A stretch of DNA of 64,000 nucleotides from Solirubrobacteraceae bacterium (GTDB taxonomy: Bacteria; Actinomycetota; Thermoleophilia; Solirubrobacterales; Solirubrobacteraceae), in assembly GCA_036510225.1 (NCBI GenBank), contig DATCEH010000008.1, positions 15,361 to 79,360 on the forward strand. The letters are read 5' to 3'. Made by a program: the position numbers and the translations under genes. Of the stretch, positions 35,708 to 44,380 are shown piece after piece. The number at the start of each line of letters is the position of its first letter. Position 1 is the first letter of the stretch. The notes below the pieces were generated by a model. The model was not told the origin of the DNA, did no database searches, and was given only the letters and a program-made list of their open reading frames with translations.

Positions 35708-36574
35708 CTAGACGCGGCGTCTGTGGGCGAGCAACTCGGCTGCTGCCCGGCGTCCTGAGGCGGCACCGGCAAGTGAGAACGACGTCGCGACCGCTTCTCG
35801 CGGGCGGTCGCTATCCCAATAGGCGGCGTCAAAGGAGAAAGCTTGTGCCCTGCGCTGGGTATCCAGCAGCGTCTCGCTCCAGTCACCATCGGTCACGGCG
35901 GACCAGTCCAGTCCAGGGGACTCGGTCAGGGTCGCGTGGGTTTCAAGGGCGGGCATAACAAAGTCCATTCCAGTTCCCATGACCGTTACATGCTCGACGG
36001 CCACAGCGCTGCCTTTGTGCATGGGGGCTGCGACTCGGTTAGACGAGAAGCGCTCCTTGCGTTCGGTCAACGCAATGACGTACATGTCAGCGGACCGTCG
36101 GTCGACACGCCCAAACTCACTGGAGAAGCGAACACCCCACTCTGCCAACTCGTCTTCGGCGTCGCTTACTACCGCCCCCCACTCCAAGACCGCGGGCTCT
36201 GCGAGGTCTGCAAGTCGTTGTACCACGGTGTCGAAGCGCCAGACAGGGAGTCGCTGAGCGTGAACGACCTCGGCTACAGACTGCTGCAGACCGGCGGCGA
36301 GGTCCTGGAAGGCCGCGGAGGCGAATACCTTCGCCGTAAGACGCTCGATGCGCTCCAAAGCGCGCGGAGCTTGAAGCACCCCATCCAGCAAGCCTGCCAC
36401 GGCGAACATGGGATAGACGCCCGTCCGGATGCGGTCCACCCTCGGGAGCCAGTGCGGGGCGGGAAGCCGATGGGCCTGTTGAAGTCGCTGGCGCTGGCGC
36501 TGGGCGCGCGGTCCTCCACCGAGGAAGGTCTCAATCTCGTGGTGGGTGACAAATGCCGGCAGAGCTTGGGCCAT
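35708..36574 (-). CDS. uncharacterised protein A of the two-gene operon (possible N-terminal excisionase-like HTH)
   Basis: The most plausible start is ATG 36574 (MAQALPAFVTHHEIETFLGG...AHRLPAPHWLPRVDRIRTGVYPMFAVAGLL), but the track ORF extends to 36844, so the start is uncertain. The C-terminal roughly 200 aa have no recognisable family. Confidence 0.6.
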   Translation of the reverse strand: MAQALPAFVTHHEIETFLGGGPRAQRQRQRLQQAHRLPAPHWLPRVDRIRTGVYPMFAVAGLLDGVLQAPRALERIERLTAKVFASAAFQDLAAGLQQSVAEVVHAQRLPVWRFDTVVQRLADLAEPAVLEWGAVVSDAEDELAEWGVRFSSEFGRVDRRSADMYVIALTERKERFSSNRVAAPMHKGSAVAVEHVTVMGTGMDFVMPALETHATLTESPGLDWSAVTDGDWSETLLDTQRRAQAFSFDAAYWDSDRPREAVATSFSLAGAASGRRAAAELLAHRRRV

Positions 36575-36939
36575 AGCGGAAGTGTAGTGCAACGACAGAA
36601 TGTCGTGACGACGCGACGACAATACGTCGCCTTCAGAACAATCCAGACTTGGTCCGCGGGTCGCAGCCCCAAGGAAGCTGCGCGACCGGGGCAGCCTGAC
36701 CCCCGCCGTCTCCGCCGTCCCCGATGCGGGCATTGTCGTCGTGGAACTCAAGGACGGACGCAGACTTTCAGGCTGTCCGCGCATCGGCCCGCAGCACCGC
36801 GATAAGCACCATCTCCCTTTCCGAGGACCCGACCGGCGCTCCACAAATCTGAACGGGAGCGCGCCGCTCCGAACAACCTCGCCGCGGTTCAGACCTCGCC
36901 GTACACCGACCTATCCGTGGAACGCGAGTAGCCTCAAGG

Positions 36940-37649
36940 ATGATGTCCGCGCGTGTCGATGATACCGGCGCTGCCCACGCCGGCAGCCAGCTCCAGACCC
37001 AGCTTTACGTCAATCAGCGGCCCGGACAGCTCGACGACGCAATCCGCGCCGAGTTCACCGACCTCGCTGAGGCGACCTTCACGTGGCGAAGCCCGCTCGC
37101 GGCTGACGGCTACGCGGAGTACTGGGACAAGGCGTTCCTTGAACAGGTCGGCCTCCGCCACCACGCCTCGGACCTGAAAGCGTTCTGGCCGACGGGCGGC
37201 CCGCATTGGGATGCACTCGCGACCGTGCAGCTGCCTGGTGGCGACCGGCCGGGCGTCCTACTTGGTGAGGGCAAGAGCTACCCCGGTGAACTCTACGGTT
37301 CCGGGTGCCAGGCGAAACCGAACTCGGTATCGCGCACGCTCATCGAGAAGTCGCTCGCCAAGACTCAGGAGCTACTCGGCGTCAGAACGAAGACTCCCGA
37401 TGACTGGTGCGGGCCGCTCTACAGAACGCCAACCGCCTCGCGCACGTCTACTGGCTGCGCTCTCGCGGCGTGCGCGCCTGGCTCGCGCACCTCCTGTTCG
37501 TGGACGACCCCCACGGGAAGACGACTGCCGGCGAGTGGGAGCTCTCGCTCAAGCAGGCAGACGACGAACTCGGCCTCACCGGACTTGCAGTGCCGGCGGC
37601 CGGTCACGTGCTGCTCCCGGCAGGAACCCGGGAAGAGCTGCTCGCGTAG
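36940..37649 (+). pseudogene. nuclease-like (PD-(D/E)xK-type motif) gene with a 1-nt frameshift
   Basis: ORF 36940..37698 is sensible up to ...TPDDWCGPLY, then turns to nonsense. ORF 37407..37649 in the next frame continues LQNANRLAHVYWLRSRGVRAWLAHLLFVDDPHGKTTAGEWE.... Restoring one C after TAC at about 37422 gives a continuous GPLYQNANRLAH. GPHWDALA...VLLGEGKSYPGE resembles a D...E-x-K nuclease core (inference). Confidence 0.55.
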
Positions 37650-37773
37650 GGCGCCGGCCCGGCCCGACCCTCCGACGGCTCCCCCGTCGACCCGGTGAGC
37701 CGCAACCCGCGACTTTCCGGCCCCGGCCGCCGTGCCCCGCGGGCGCATCCCCAGCATCCGCGGGCTCCTACGG

Positions 37774-37799
37774 CTGAGCGCCCCGTCAGGGGCGCTCAG
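37774..37799. other. perfect GC-rich hairpin
   Basis: CTGAGCGCCCC-gtca-GGGGCGCTCAG has an 11-bp stem and 4-nt loop, about 125 nt downstream of the 36940..37649 stop. It abuts the first iteron-like repeat. No U-tract. Confidence 0.6.
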
Positions 37800-38076
37800 A
37801 AACCGGGCTACATCGAGGTTGGGGAGAAACCGGGCAGCATCAGGGCCGTTCTTGGGTGAGTTCCCGAAACCTGCTGATTTGCAGGCGAATCTCGCGCCAA
37901 TAACCGGGCAACAACGAGGGCAACAGCGCCGGCGGGACGTGGCCCTTGCTGTGGCCCGGTATGAAAATTTGGCTTGCTAGAGCCAAATTTGCAGTTGTGG
38001 CCCGGTTGCCGATTTTGTGTGTGGCCCGGTTTTGCTGGCAGGACCTGGCAGGCCGCAACCCGAGAAACCGGGCCAC
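37799..38076. repeat. iteron-like array: seven copies of AACCGGGC(C)AC-type motif in both orientations plus a 10-bp inverted repeat
   Basis: Direct copies: AGAAACCGGGCtaCATC (37798-), AGAAACCGGGCagCATC (37825-), tAACCGGGCaAC (37901-), AGAAACCGGGCCACATC (38063-). Inverted copies: GTGGCCCGGTat (37951-), GTGGCCCGGTT (37997-), GTGGCCCGGTTT (38021-). AAATTTGGCT-tgctag-AGCCAAATTT lies at 37965-37990. The stretch is AT-richer and non-coding. Confidence 0.75.
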
Positions 38077-38109
38077 ATCTGAAAACTCCCTGCATATTGG
38101 CACTATTTT

Positions 38110-39621
38110 GTAGGCGTTCAGAGGGGTCAGGGGGACATAACTCGCCAGCGTCGAATCCCGGGGTGTGGAGCGGGCGGATGCAGCGGCGATTTATGACGCG
38201 GGGCGCGAGGTCGTCATCGAGGTTCTGTTGCGGATGGATCGCCAGATCGAGGTGTTGACCGGGCAGGTCGCGCGTCAGGGTGAGCGGATCGCGGTGCTGG
38301 AGGCGAAACTGGCGGCGAACTCGCGTAATTCGTCGCGGCCGCCGAGCACCGACAAGCCGGCGAAGGCGCCAAAGCTGGCGAAGGAGCGGTCGCCGCGCAT
38401 GCCGGGCGGTCAGTCCGGGCACCAGGGTCACGGCCGGGAGTTGCTGCCGACTGCGGCCGTGGATGAGGTCATCGAGCATTGGCCACTCTTGTGCGGGTGC
38501 GGCCACTTGTTCACCGAGGGCGAGCGGGTAGCGGTCGGGCCGGTGGCGCGTCATCAAATTGAGGAACTGCCGCGTATCGCGGTCAGGGTGATCGAGCATC
38601 AATGCCCCAGGGTGAGTTGCCCAGACTGCGGCGGCTCGCCACGCGCCGATCTACCGCCCGTGGTCGCCGGCAGCGCGTTCGGGCCGCGCTTTCAGGCCGC
38701 CGTTGCGGCGCTCGTCGTGCGCAACCGTGTCTCGCGCCTGGACGCCGTCGAGCTCTTGGAGGAGCTCTTCGGTGCGAGGATCAGTACCGGCGCGATCGAG
38801 GCGATCCTCACACGGACCGCTGACGCGCTCGAGGAGCCGTGCCGCGACCTGCTTGAGCATGTCCAGGCCAGCACGGCGCTGAACATCGACGAGACGGGGT
38901 GGCGCCTGAAGGGCGCCCAGCGAGCGTTGTGGGGCGCGTTCACCGACCGCCTCGCCGTCTTTCAGATCCGCGCGGACCGTCACGAGGATCATGCCCGCGC
39001 CCTGCTCACCGGGCATCGGGGTGTCGTGACATCTGATCGCTGGTGGGCCTACAACCACCTCCCGTTGACTCGACGCCAGGTCTGCTGGAGCCATCTGCGC
39101 CGTGACTTCCAGGCCCAAGCAGAAGGCCTCGACGCGCAGGCCGAACTCGGCAAAGCCGGACTCCAGGTCTGCGAGACGGTGTTCGCCGCGTTCCAAGCTT
39201 TCCAGGACACCAACGACCGCGACGAGCTCAGACGCCGAATCCGCGCCGCGCAACGCGAACTCAAGCCCATCCTGCGCCGCTACTGCGGCAAAGCACCAAG
39301 AAACAAGCGCACCCGTGGCCTCGCCCGAAACCTCCTGAAAGTCTGGCCCGCACTGTGGACGTTCGCCCGGATCCCGGGCGTCACACCGACCAACAACCAC
39401 GCCGAGCGCGGCCTCCGCGGAGCCGTGATCGCCCGCAAACTCTCGCTCGGCAGCCAATCCGTCGATGGGGAGACGCGCACCGCACGCCTCCTCACGGCCT
39501 CGATCACCTGCCGCCTACAACAGCGCAGCCTCTTCGACTACCTCACCGACCTTCACGCCGCCCACGGCATCGGCGCTCCAGTTCCCCTGCTCACCTGAGC
39601 CGAGGGGGACTGAACGCCTAC
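38110..39621 (+). mobile_element. IS66-family insertion sequence (single-transposase type)
   Basis: Terminal inverted repeats GTAGGCGTTCAG (38110-38121) and CTGAACGCCTAC (39610-39621) bracket the transposase ORF. Only a short shared TATTT is visible in the flanks, so the target-site duplication is not clear. Confidence 0.75.
38165..39598 (+). CDS. IS66-family transposase
   Basis: 477 aa. An N-terminal leucine-zipper-like helix is followed by NSRNSSRPPSTDKP, the typical IS66 TnpC motif. It also has a zinc-finger-like CPRVSCPDCGG and a DDE region with NIDETGW. Confidence 0.9.
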   Translation: MERADAAAIYDAGREVVIEVLLRMDRQIEVLTGQVARQGERIAVLEAKLAANSRNSSRPPSTDKPAKAPKLAKERSPRMPGGQSGHQGHGRELLPTAAVDEVIEHWPLLCGCGHLFTEGERVAVGPVARHQIEELPRIAVRVIEHQCPRVSCPDCGGSPRADLPPVVAGSAFGPRFQAAVAALVVRNRVSRLDAVELLEELFGARISTGAIEAILTRTADALEEPCRDLLEHVQASTALNIDETGWRLKGAQRALWGAFTDRLAVFQIRADRHEDHARALLTGHRGVVTSDRWWAYNHLPLTRRQVCWSHLRRDFQAQAEGLDAQAELGKAGLQVCETVFAAFQAFQDTNDRDELRRRIRAAQRELKPILRRYCGKAPRNKRTRGLARNLLKVWPALWTFARIPGVTPTNNHAERGLRGAVIARKLSLGSQSVDGETRTARLLTASITCRLQQRSLFDYLTDLHAAHGIGAPVPLLT

Positions 39622-39962
39622 GGTATTTGATTCAAGCGGTCCCCGCCGATAGCAGGCAAAGGTACCGAATGGGTACCGAAACCGGCGGTCGATTCGCGTC
39701 CAAGCGCGGCCCCGCCGCCACCGTCTCGCGAGGTGCCGCCGGCTGACTCCTTCTCAGTGGGCGCAAGCGCTTCGGTCGGCAACGCGAGTCGGACCGGACG
39801 ACCGCATCGTCGCCTTGCGGTTCCGAGGGGGATCTCGCGGTGACGCGGGACCGGCGCTCGGAGGTCGCGGGCAGCGTTGCCCCAGATCGCGTGGTTCGCG
39901 CCCTCGCGAAGAACCTCGCATCCGTGTGCGCGCAGGTGAACTTCGAGCTCGCGCCGCTTCAA
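39618..39962 (-). CDS. hicA: HicA-like mRNA interferase toxin with an aberrant long C-terminal tail
   Basis: The TTG start overlaps the hicB stop. LKRRELEVHLRAHGCEVLREGANHAIWGNAARDLRAPVPRHREIPLGTARR matches the HicA pattern (G-x-H...PRH-x-EI). The ORF then runs about 50 extra codons and stops at a TAG inside the IS66 right terminal repeat. Confidence 0.65.
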   Translation of the reverse strand: MKRRELEVHLRAHGCEVLREGANHAIWGNAARDLRAPVPRHREIPLGTARRRCGRPVRLALPTEALAPTEKESAGGTSRDGGGGAALGRESTAGFGTHSVPLPAIGGDRLNQIP

Positions 39963-40192
39963 GCGGCGAGGCTGATCGTCAGCGACTCGACGTGGCCGCC
40001 GCCGATCGCCGGCTCTCGGCCCTCTTCGCGGTAGGACGCAATCATCTCGCGCGCCGCGTCCAGCAGCATCTCGCGCGCTTCCTCGACCGTACGCCCGCAG
40101 GTCACGACGGCAGGCCACTCCGCGAGCTGCGCCATCGTCCAGCCGTCCTCGTCGGGCGTGAACACGGCCGTCAGCGTCATCGAATCGCTCAT
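39959..40192 (-). CDS. hicB: HicB-family antitoxin
   Basis: From ATG 40192: MSDSMTLTAVFTPDEDGWTMAQLAEWPAVVTCGRTVEEAREMLLDAAREMIASY, a HicB N-terminal RNase-H-like fold signature. The track ORF 39959..40369 is over-extended. Confidence 0.8.
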   Translation of the reverse strand: MSDSMTLTAVFTPDEDGWTMAQLAEWPAVVTCGRTVEEAREMLLDAAREMIASYREEGREPAIGGGHVESLTISLAA

Positions 40193-40652
40193 CAGAGACC
40201 AAGTATGCACCCGGGCGGGCTGATCTTGCCAACTGAGGCAGGCCGATTTAACCGCGGCCTGACCGGGGGCGGCGAGCACCGCGCTGTCCTGTCCCGGGTC
40301 CGGAACGTCGACCGCCGAGCCTGGAGGCCGGGTTATCGAGGCTGGCGGTCTATCGATGATCCTCGGCATTGTCGATGCCCGGCACCTAGACCGACGTGAT
40401 CCAAGGCTCGCGTGACGGCGCTGATCTGACCCGTGTGCCTACGCGCCGGCGCCGGCCGCAGCCAGGAGCAAGCCGGAGGGCGGGAGCCCTCGACTGCTCT
40501 CGGCAGCCGTCCGTGAGCGTCGCCGCGGACGGTCGGTTTGCTCAGTTCGACGTTGTCGGGCTTACGATCGCGTCGGCGACAACCCGATCATCCGGCGTCG
40601 GACCAGCGCTGTGGCCTGTTCCACTCGCGCGATCATGACGTCGCCCAGGCGA

Positions 40653-40940
40653 TCACGCACCTCGGTCGCCGGGGGTAGGAACGTGATCGTGTCGGCTGCT
40701 GCTCGGGCTCATGGTCTCCTGCCCGTTGGCGGCGTAGATCACGTCAGGATCTAGGTCGACGTCTTTCGGCCAGACGAGTGTCCCGGTTTCCTCATCAACG
40801 CTCACCTAACCGAACTTGGCCGGATCGCGGAGCGGCGCGAACGCCGCCGTGTCGAGCAGAGGAGCGATGTTCACGTCGCGCACGTCGCTGTCGGCGAACA
40901 CGATGCGGCAGACGACAGAGGGACGCCGGGGCTGGATCCG
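40653..40940 (-). pseudogene. DUF2442-family gene relic (in-frame TAG and lost start frame)
   Basis: Not in the ORF track. My minus-strand translation reads ...IQPRRPSVVCRIVFADSDVRDVNIAPLLDTAAFAPLRDPAKFG*VSVDEETGTLVWPKDVDLDPDVIYAA..., matching the DUF2442 pattern (L-x-V-x-F-x-D-G...v-D-l-x-p-l-l...F-x-p-L-r-D-p-x-x-F...g-t-l-x-W-P-x-x-v-D-l-x-P-d). TAG lies at 40806-40808. The nearest upstream ATG is out of frame. Confidence 0.5.
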
Positions 40941-41008
40941 TGCATCTCGTCAGAGCACGACGAGCCGGCGCGCGACTCGTCCAAGGGCCCCATGGCTCGG
41001 TTCGCGCC

Positions 41009-41335
41009 TCAATGCACGACGACGGGCGGCGTGCCGGCGCCGTTCTCGACTGGGATCAAGTGGTATTGCACGACGTAGCCCAGACTGTCTGCGTAGCGCT
41101 CGACGGTCGATATCTTCGCGTCGGTCGCCGTCGTCTCAAGCCTGGCCACCGAGGATTGCGACGTCGCCATCGCGGCGGCAACGGCCGTCTGCGACCGACG
41201 CTGTGCCTCGCGTCGCTCGGCGAGCGCGCGGAGCAGCTCGCGGCGTCGAACAGCGGCGGCGAGCAGACTAGGGAAGTCCGGGTTCCGCGCCGTGCGCTTG
41301 GCGATCATCTTGTCTAGAAAATCAGGCTCGGTCAT
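41009..41335 (-). CDS. XRE-family HTH antitoxin (HigA-like)
   Basis: 108 aa. LRALAERREAQRRSQTAVAAAMATSQSSVARLETTATDAKISTVERYADSLG is a Cro/C1-type HTH. It lies directly downstream of a RelE/Gp49-like gene. Confidence 0.8.
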   Translation of the reverse strand: MTEPDFLDKMIAKRTARNPDFPSLLAAAVRRRELLRALAERREAQRRSQTAVAAAMATSQSSVARLETTATDAKISTVERYADSLGYVVQYHLIPVENGAGTPPVVVH

Positions 41336-41399
41336 CAGCTCGTCCTCCGCAAACGATACCGTTTACGGTATCCCATCTATGCGATAGGTGGGAGGGGAC

Positions 41400-41803
41400 T
41401 CATCGGTGGAGAGGCCGCCTTCCCTGCGCGACACGTTTCGCGTCGCCGCGCCGTCGCCAGTCCGCCAGGCGCCGCTTCGCAAGCTCGATCGTCCCGCGCG
41501 GCGTCTTCTGGGTCTTCTTCTTGAGCCCCTCCAACGCGAGCAGCACCTGACCACGACCGCCCTCCTCGGCGAACAGGATGCGGTGATCACGCGGTCGCCG
41601 TCTACCCGAACCTCCCAGATGTCGTCTTCAAGATGCCGGGCGGCGACCAGACCTTGCGTCCGCACCCCCTGCATCCCGGCCAAGACCGCGGCAGCGTCAC
41701 CGTCGGAAAGGTCGTCGATGAACTCCTCGACCGGACTGCGACCGGCGGCCGTCTCGTAGCCACGCCAGCGACGACGCGGGGCCGGTGGGCCGGACTCAAC
41801 CAT
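41400..41803 (-). pseudogene. RelE/ParE-superfamily (Gp49/HigB-like) toxin gene with frameshift
   Basis: The ORF 41363..41803 N-terminus, WRGYETAAGRSPVEEFIDDLSDGDAAAVLAGMQGVRTQGLVAARHLEDDIWEVRVDGDR, is Gp49-like. The conserved continuation HRILFAEEGGRGQVLLALEGLKKKTQKTPRGTIELAKRRLADW is readable only in another frame, switching at about 41585-41600. The true stop is TGA at 41400. Confidence 0.65.
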
Positions 41804-41821
41804 CCCAGCTTCGGCGCCGGC

Positions 41822-42440
41822 TCAATCGCCGAGCAGCTTGTCGAGTGCCGCGGGACTCGTCGCCCCGGTCTGCGCCTCGAGCAGCCGCGAGAGCTTGTCC
41901 GCCGCATCGTTCTGCGGCACGTGATGCACGTAGATCATCGTCGTCGCGATGTCTGCGTGGCCCATGTACGCCTTCACGTCTGACAGCGGGAAAGCCCGGA
42001 CGGCGAGCGTGCCGAACGTGTGGCGCAGGTCGTGGCAGCGCAGATGCTCGATCCCAGCCGCCTCCAGCGCCCGGTAGTAGCGACGGCGCAGGGCCGAGTC
42101 CTCGAAGAACGTGCCGTTCGGCCCGGGGAACACGAGGTCGTTGACGCCGACGAGGTGGCCTCGCCGGCTGACCTCGTCGAGCACTCGCGCGACCTGGTCG
42201 ATCATCGGCACCGCCCTCACCTGCCCGGCTTCGGCACGTCCTCGAGACCCATCGTGTACGACCGGCGCACGTGGATGATCCGCTTCGGAAAGTCGACGTC
42301 CCGCCAACGAAGCGCCCGCAGCTCGCCCAGACGCACACCCGAGAAGGCCGCCGTCGTGAAGATTGGGGTTCGAGACTGCCGGCCGAACACAGCGCAGTCG
42401 TCGTCGTCGCGAGTCGCGCCAAGACCGCACATGCGCGTGA
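41822..42440 (-). pseudogene. tyrosine recombinase/integrase relic (catalytic domain only, frameshifted)
   Basis: ORF 42217..42579 carries AAFSGVRLGELRALRWRDVDFPKRIIHVRRSY (Arg I box). ORF 41822..42457 in another frame carries VRAVPMIDQV...HLRCHDLRHTFGTLAV...VKAYMGHADIATTMIYVH (HxxR, H/W, Tyr). The frame switch is at about 42217-42235. The N-terminal SAM-like domain region is occupied by vapB on the other strand. Confidence 0.75.
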
Positions 42441-42456
42441 TAGCATTTTGCAAGCA

Positions 42457-42687
42457 ATGGCCAATCTGCTTGTCCGTGATCTCCCTGACGATGTCCACGC
42501 GGCTCTCCAGCAGCGAGCTAAGCGGGACGGCCAGTCGCTGCAACAGTACGTCACGCGCGAGCTCACAAGAATCGCTCACCGGCCAAGCCTCGGCGAGGTG
42601 TTGGACCGGATCGAGCGACGCGCCGGCGGCACCGTCGGCCTCGCGCAGGCTCTCGATGACCTTGCCGAGGAGCGCTCGCGGGGTTGA
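42457..42687 (+). CDS. vapB: VapB-type antitoxin (FitA/Arc-like ribbon-helix-helix)
   Basis: From ATG 42457: MANLLVRDLPDDVHAALQQRAKRDGQSLQQYVTRELTRIAHRPSL.... Its stop overlaps the vapC start. Confidence 0.8.
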   Translation: MANLLVRDLPDDVHAALQQRAKRDGQSLQQYVTRELTRIAHRPSLGEVLDRIERRAGGTVGLAQALDDLAEERSRG

Positions 42688-43079
42688 TCGTCATCGACGC
42701 GAGCGTGCTCGCTAACGCGATTGGCGACGATGGTACCGATGGGCACCGGGCTCGCACGGAGCTGCGCGCTGCCGGCGAGCTGGCAGCGCCGGACCTCGTC
42801 GATGTCGAGACGACGGCCGTGCTTCGCAAGCGCTGGCTCGCGGGATCCATCAGCGAGCAGCGCTTTGCCGTTGCCATCGAGGATCTCGAAGACCTCTACC
42901 TCGATCGCTACCCAACGCTGCTACTCATGCGCCGCGCCTACGAACTGCGGGCCAACCTCACTACATACGACGCCGCCTACGTCGCGCTCGCCGAACTGCT
43001 CGGTTGCGAGCTGCTGACCGGCGACGGCCGGCTCGCCAACGCGCCTGGACCACGCTGCACGATCCGATTCCTCACCTGA
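42684..43079 (+). CDS. vapC: VapC PIN-domain ribonuclease toxin (intact)
   Basis: MIVIDASVLANAIGDD...LAAPDLVDVETTAVLRK...YPTLLLMRRAYELRANLTTYDAAYVALAELLGCELLTGD. All four acidic PIN positions are readable in one frame. Confidence 0.88.
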   Translation: MIVIDASVLANAIGDDGTDGHRARTELRAAGELAAPDLVDVETTAVLRKRWLAGSISEQRFAVAIEDLEDLYLDRYPTLLLMRRAYELRANLTTYDAAYVALAELLGCELLTGDGRLANAPGPRCTIRFLT

Positions 43080-43924
43080 ACACTCTGCGGCCGCCACCAA
43101 GCGCCGCCAATGGCCCCGCTGAGTTCGCGGCGACCGGCGTCAAAGATTGGCCGGCCTCTGGATCGGACCGTCGCCAAGCCGATCGCGCGACGGGCGCCGA
43201 CCAACCAAGCGAGCAATCGGAGGCTCGGCGAGCACGCGCCGTGCGGGATGCGTCGTGACTCCACGTGGCGCCGGCGGGCCCGCTGCGGGCCGGAGTCGTG
43301 GGCGGGGCAGCGGTTTCGTAGCTCTGTGCGCGCCTCAGCGAGGCCCTAACTCTACGAGCGTCACGCCAATGCCAATCCCCAGGCTCATGCTGGACGACTC
43401 CAGCACCGACGAGCTCCTCGTGCGCTTCGAGGCCGCCGCCACCAGCGCCGAAAGACGCCCCCGCGGCACTTGACCATCCCGATCGAGGAGCCGCCTCGCG
43501 CATCGAGTGAGTTGCTGGCCAACCTGGACGACGACGCTGACCGCCACGGGCGTTACCGCGTCGACATGCGCACGCTGGGCGCTTGGTCGCGTGGCACCTG
43601 CTCTCAGGCCAAGCGAACGCCTGCAACCGGCGCGCCCCGACTCCCGGACGTCGACCCGTGCGAGAGCCCGCGAGGCGTCGGGCGAGACGGCTGGATCCAC
43701 GCGATAGGAGCGGTCTTATGGTGCCCCGCGTACCGGCCGCCCGGACTTGTGCGGCTCCGGAGCGTCCCGCCGGGCCCCGCGCCCGGCTGTGGCGCCGCCT
43801 GCGCGACCTGCGATCCCCGGCGGCGCCTGCGATCCGCCGCGGCCGCGGCGGGCGAGGTCGCGCACGTATCGCGACTCGACCGCTGCGAGACTCCGGCGCA
43901 GGCGGCGCGTGTCGGACGCCGCGC

Positions 43925-44380
43925 TCATGATCCGCGGTGCACGATCAGCACCGAGCGGCGTGAGTGCGCCGCGACGGCGCTCGTGACGCTCCCGACGAAA
44001 ACCCCCGCAAGGCCGCTGCGGCCGTGCGAGCCGAGGACGATCAGGCGTGCGTCGTGCTCGTCGGCGAGCTCGGCGATGCCCTTCCAGATCGGCGAGCGTT
44101 CCACCTCCGCGCTGCGGGCGCGGAAGCCCGCGGCCTCGGCGTGGGCCGCGCCCGCGGCTGCGGTCTGCGCGGCCGCCGCCCGAACGTCGGCGATCTGCGC
44201 CGCGTCGAACTGCATCCCGCCGACGGGCAGGAACCCGACGTCGAACGGCTGCCACACCGTCACGACCAGCGCCTCGCAGCCCGCCTCGAGCAGGCGGCCT
44301 GCCTCCTCGATTCCCTGCTTGGCCAGGTCAGAGCCGTCGTAGGCGAAGACCACGGGACCGGATCCGTGGACGCCGCTCAC
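43925..44380 (-). CDS. universal stress protein (UspA family)
   Basis: VVFAYDGSDLAKQGIEEA...ADEHDARLIVLGSHGRSGLAGVFVGSVTSAVAAHSRRSVLIV is the classic Usp ATP-binding C-terminal motif G-2x-G-9x-G(S/T). Confidence 0.88.
   Translation of the reverse strand: MSGVHGSGPVVFAYDGSDLAKQGIEEAGRLLEAGCEALVVTVWQPFDVGFLPVGGMQFDAAQIADVRAAAAQTAAAGAAHAEAAGFRARSAEVERSPIWKGIAELADEHDARLIVLGSHGRSGLAGVFVGSVTSAVAAHSRRSVLIVHRGS

Noticed and set aside
38102-39629. 8-bp target-site duplication for the IS66 element
   Set aside because: The flanks read ACTATTTT and GGTATTTG. Only TATTT is shared and it is offset relative to the inverted repeats, so a clean duplication cannot be claimed.
34520-43400. tRNA gene or direct repeats marking att sites of the accessory island
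   Set aside because: I found no T-loop-like GGTTCGA(A/G)TCC context outside coding sequence and no convincing direct repeat between the two borders by eye. The island boundaries therefore remain approximate.
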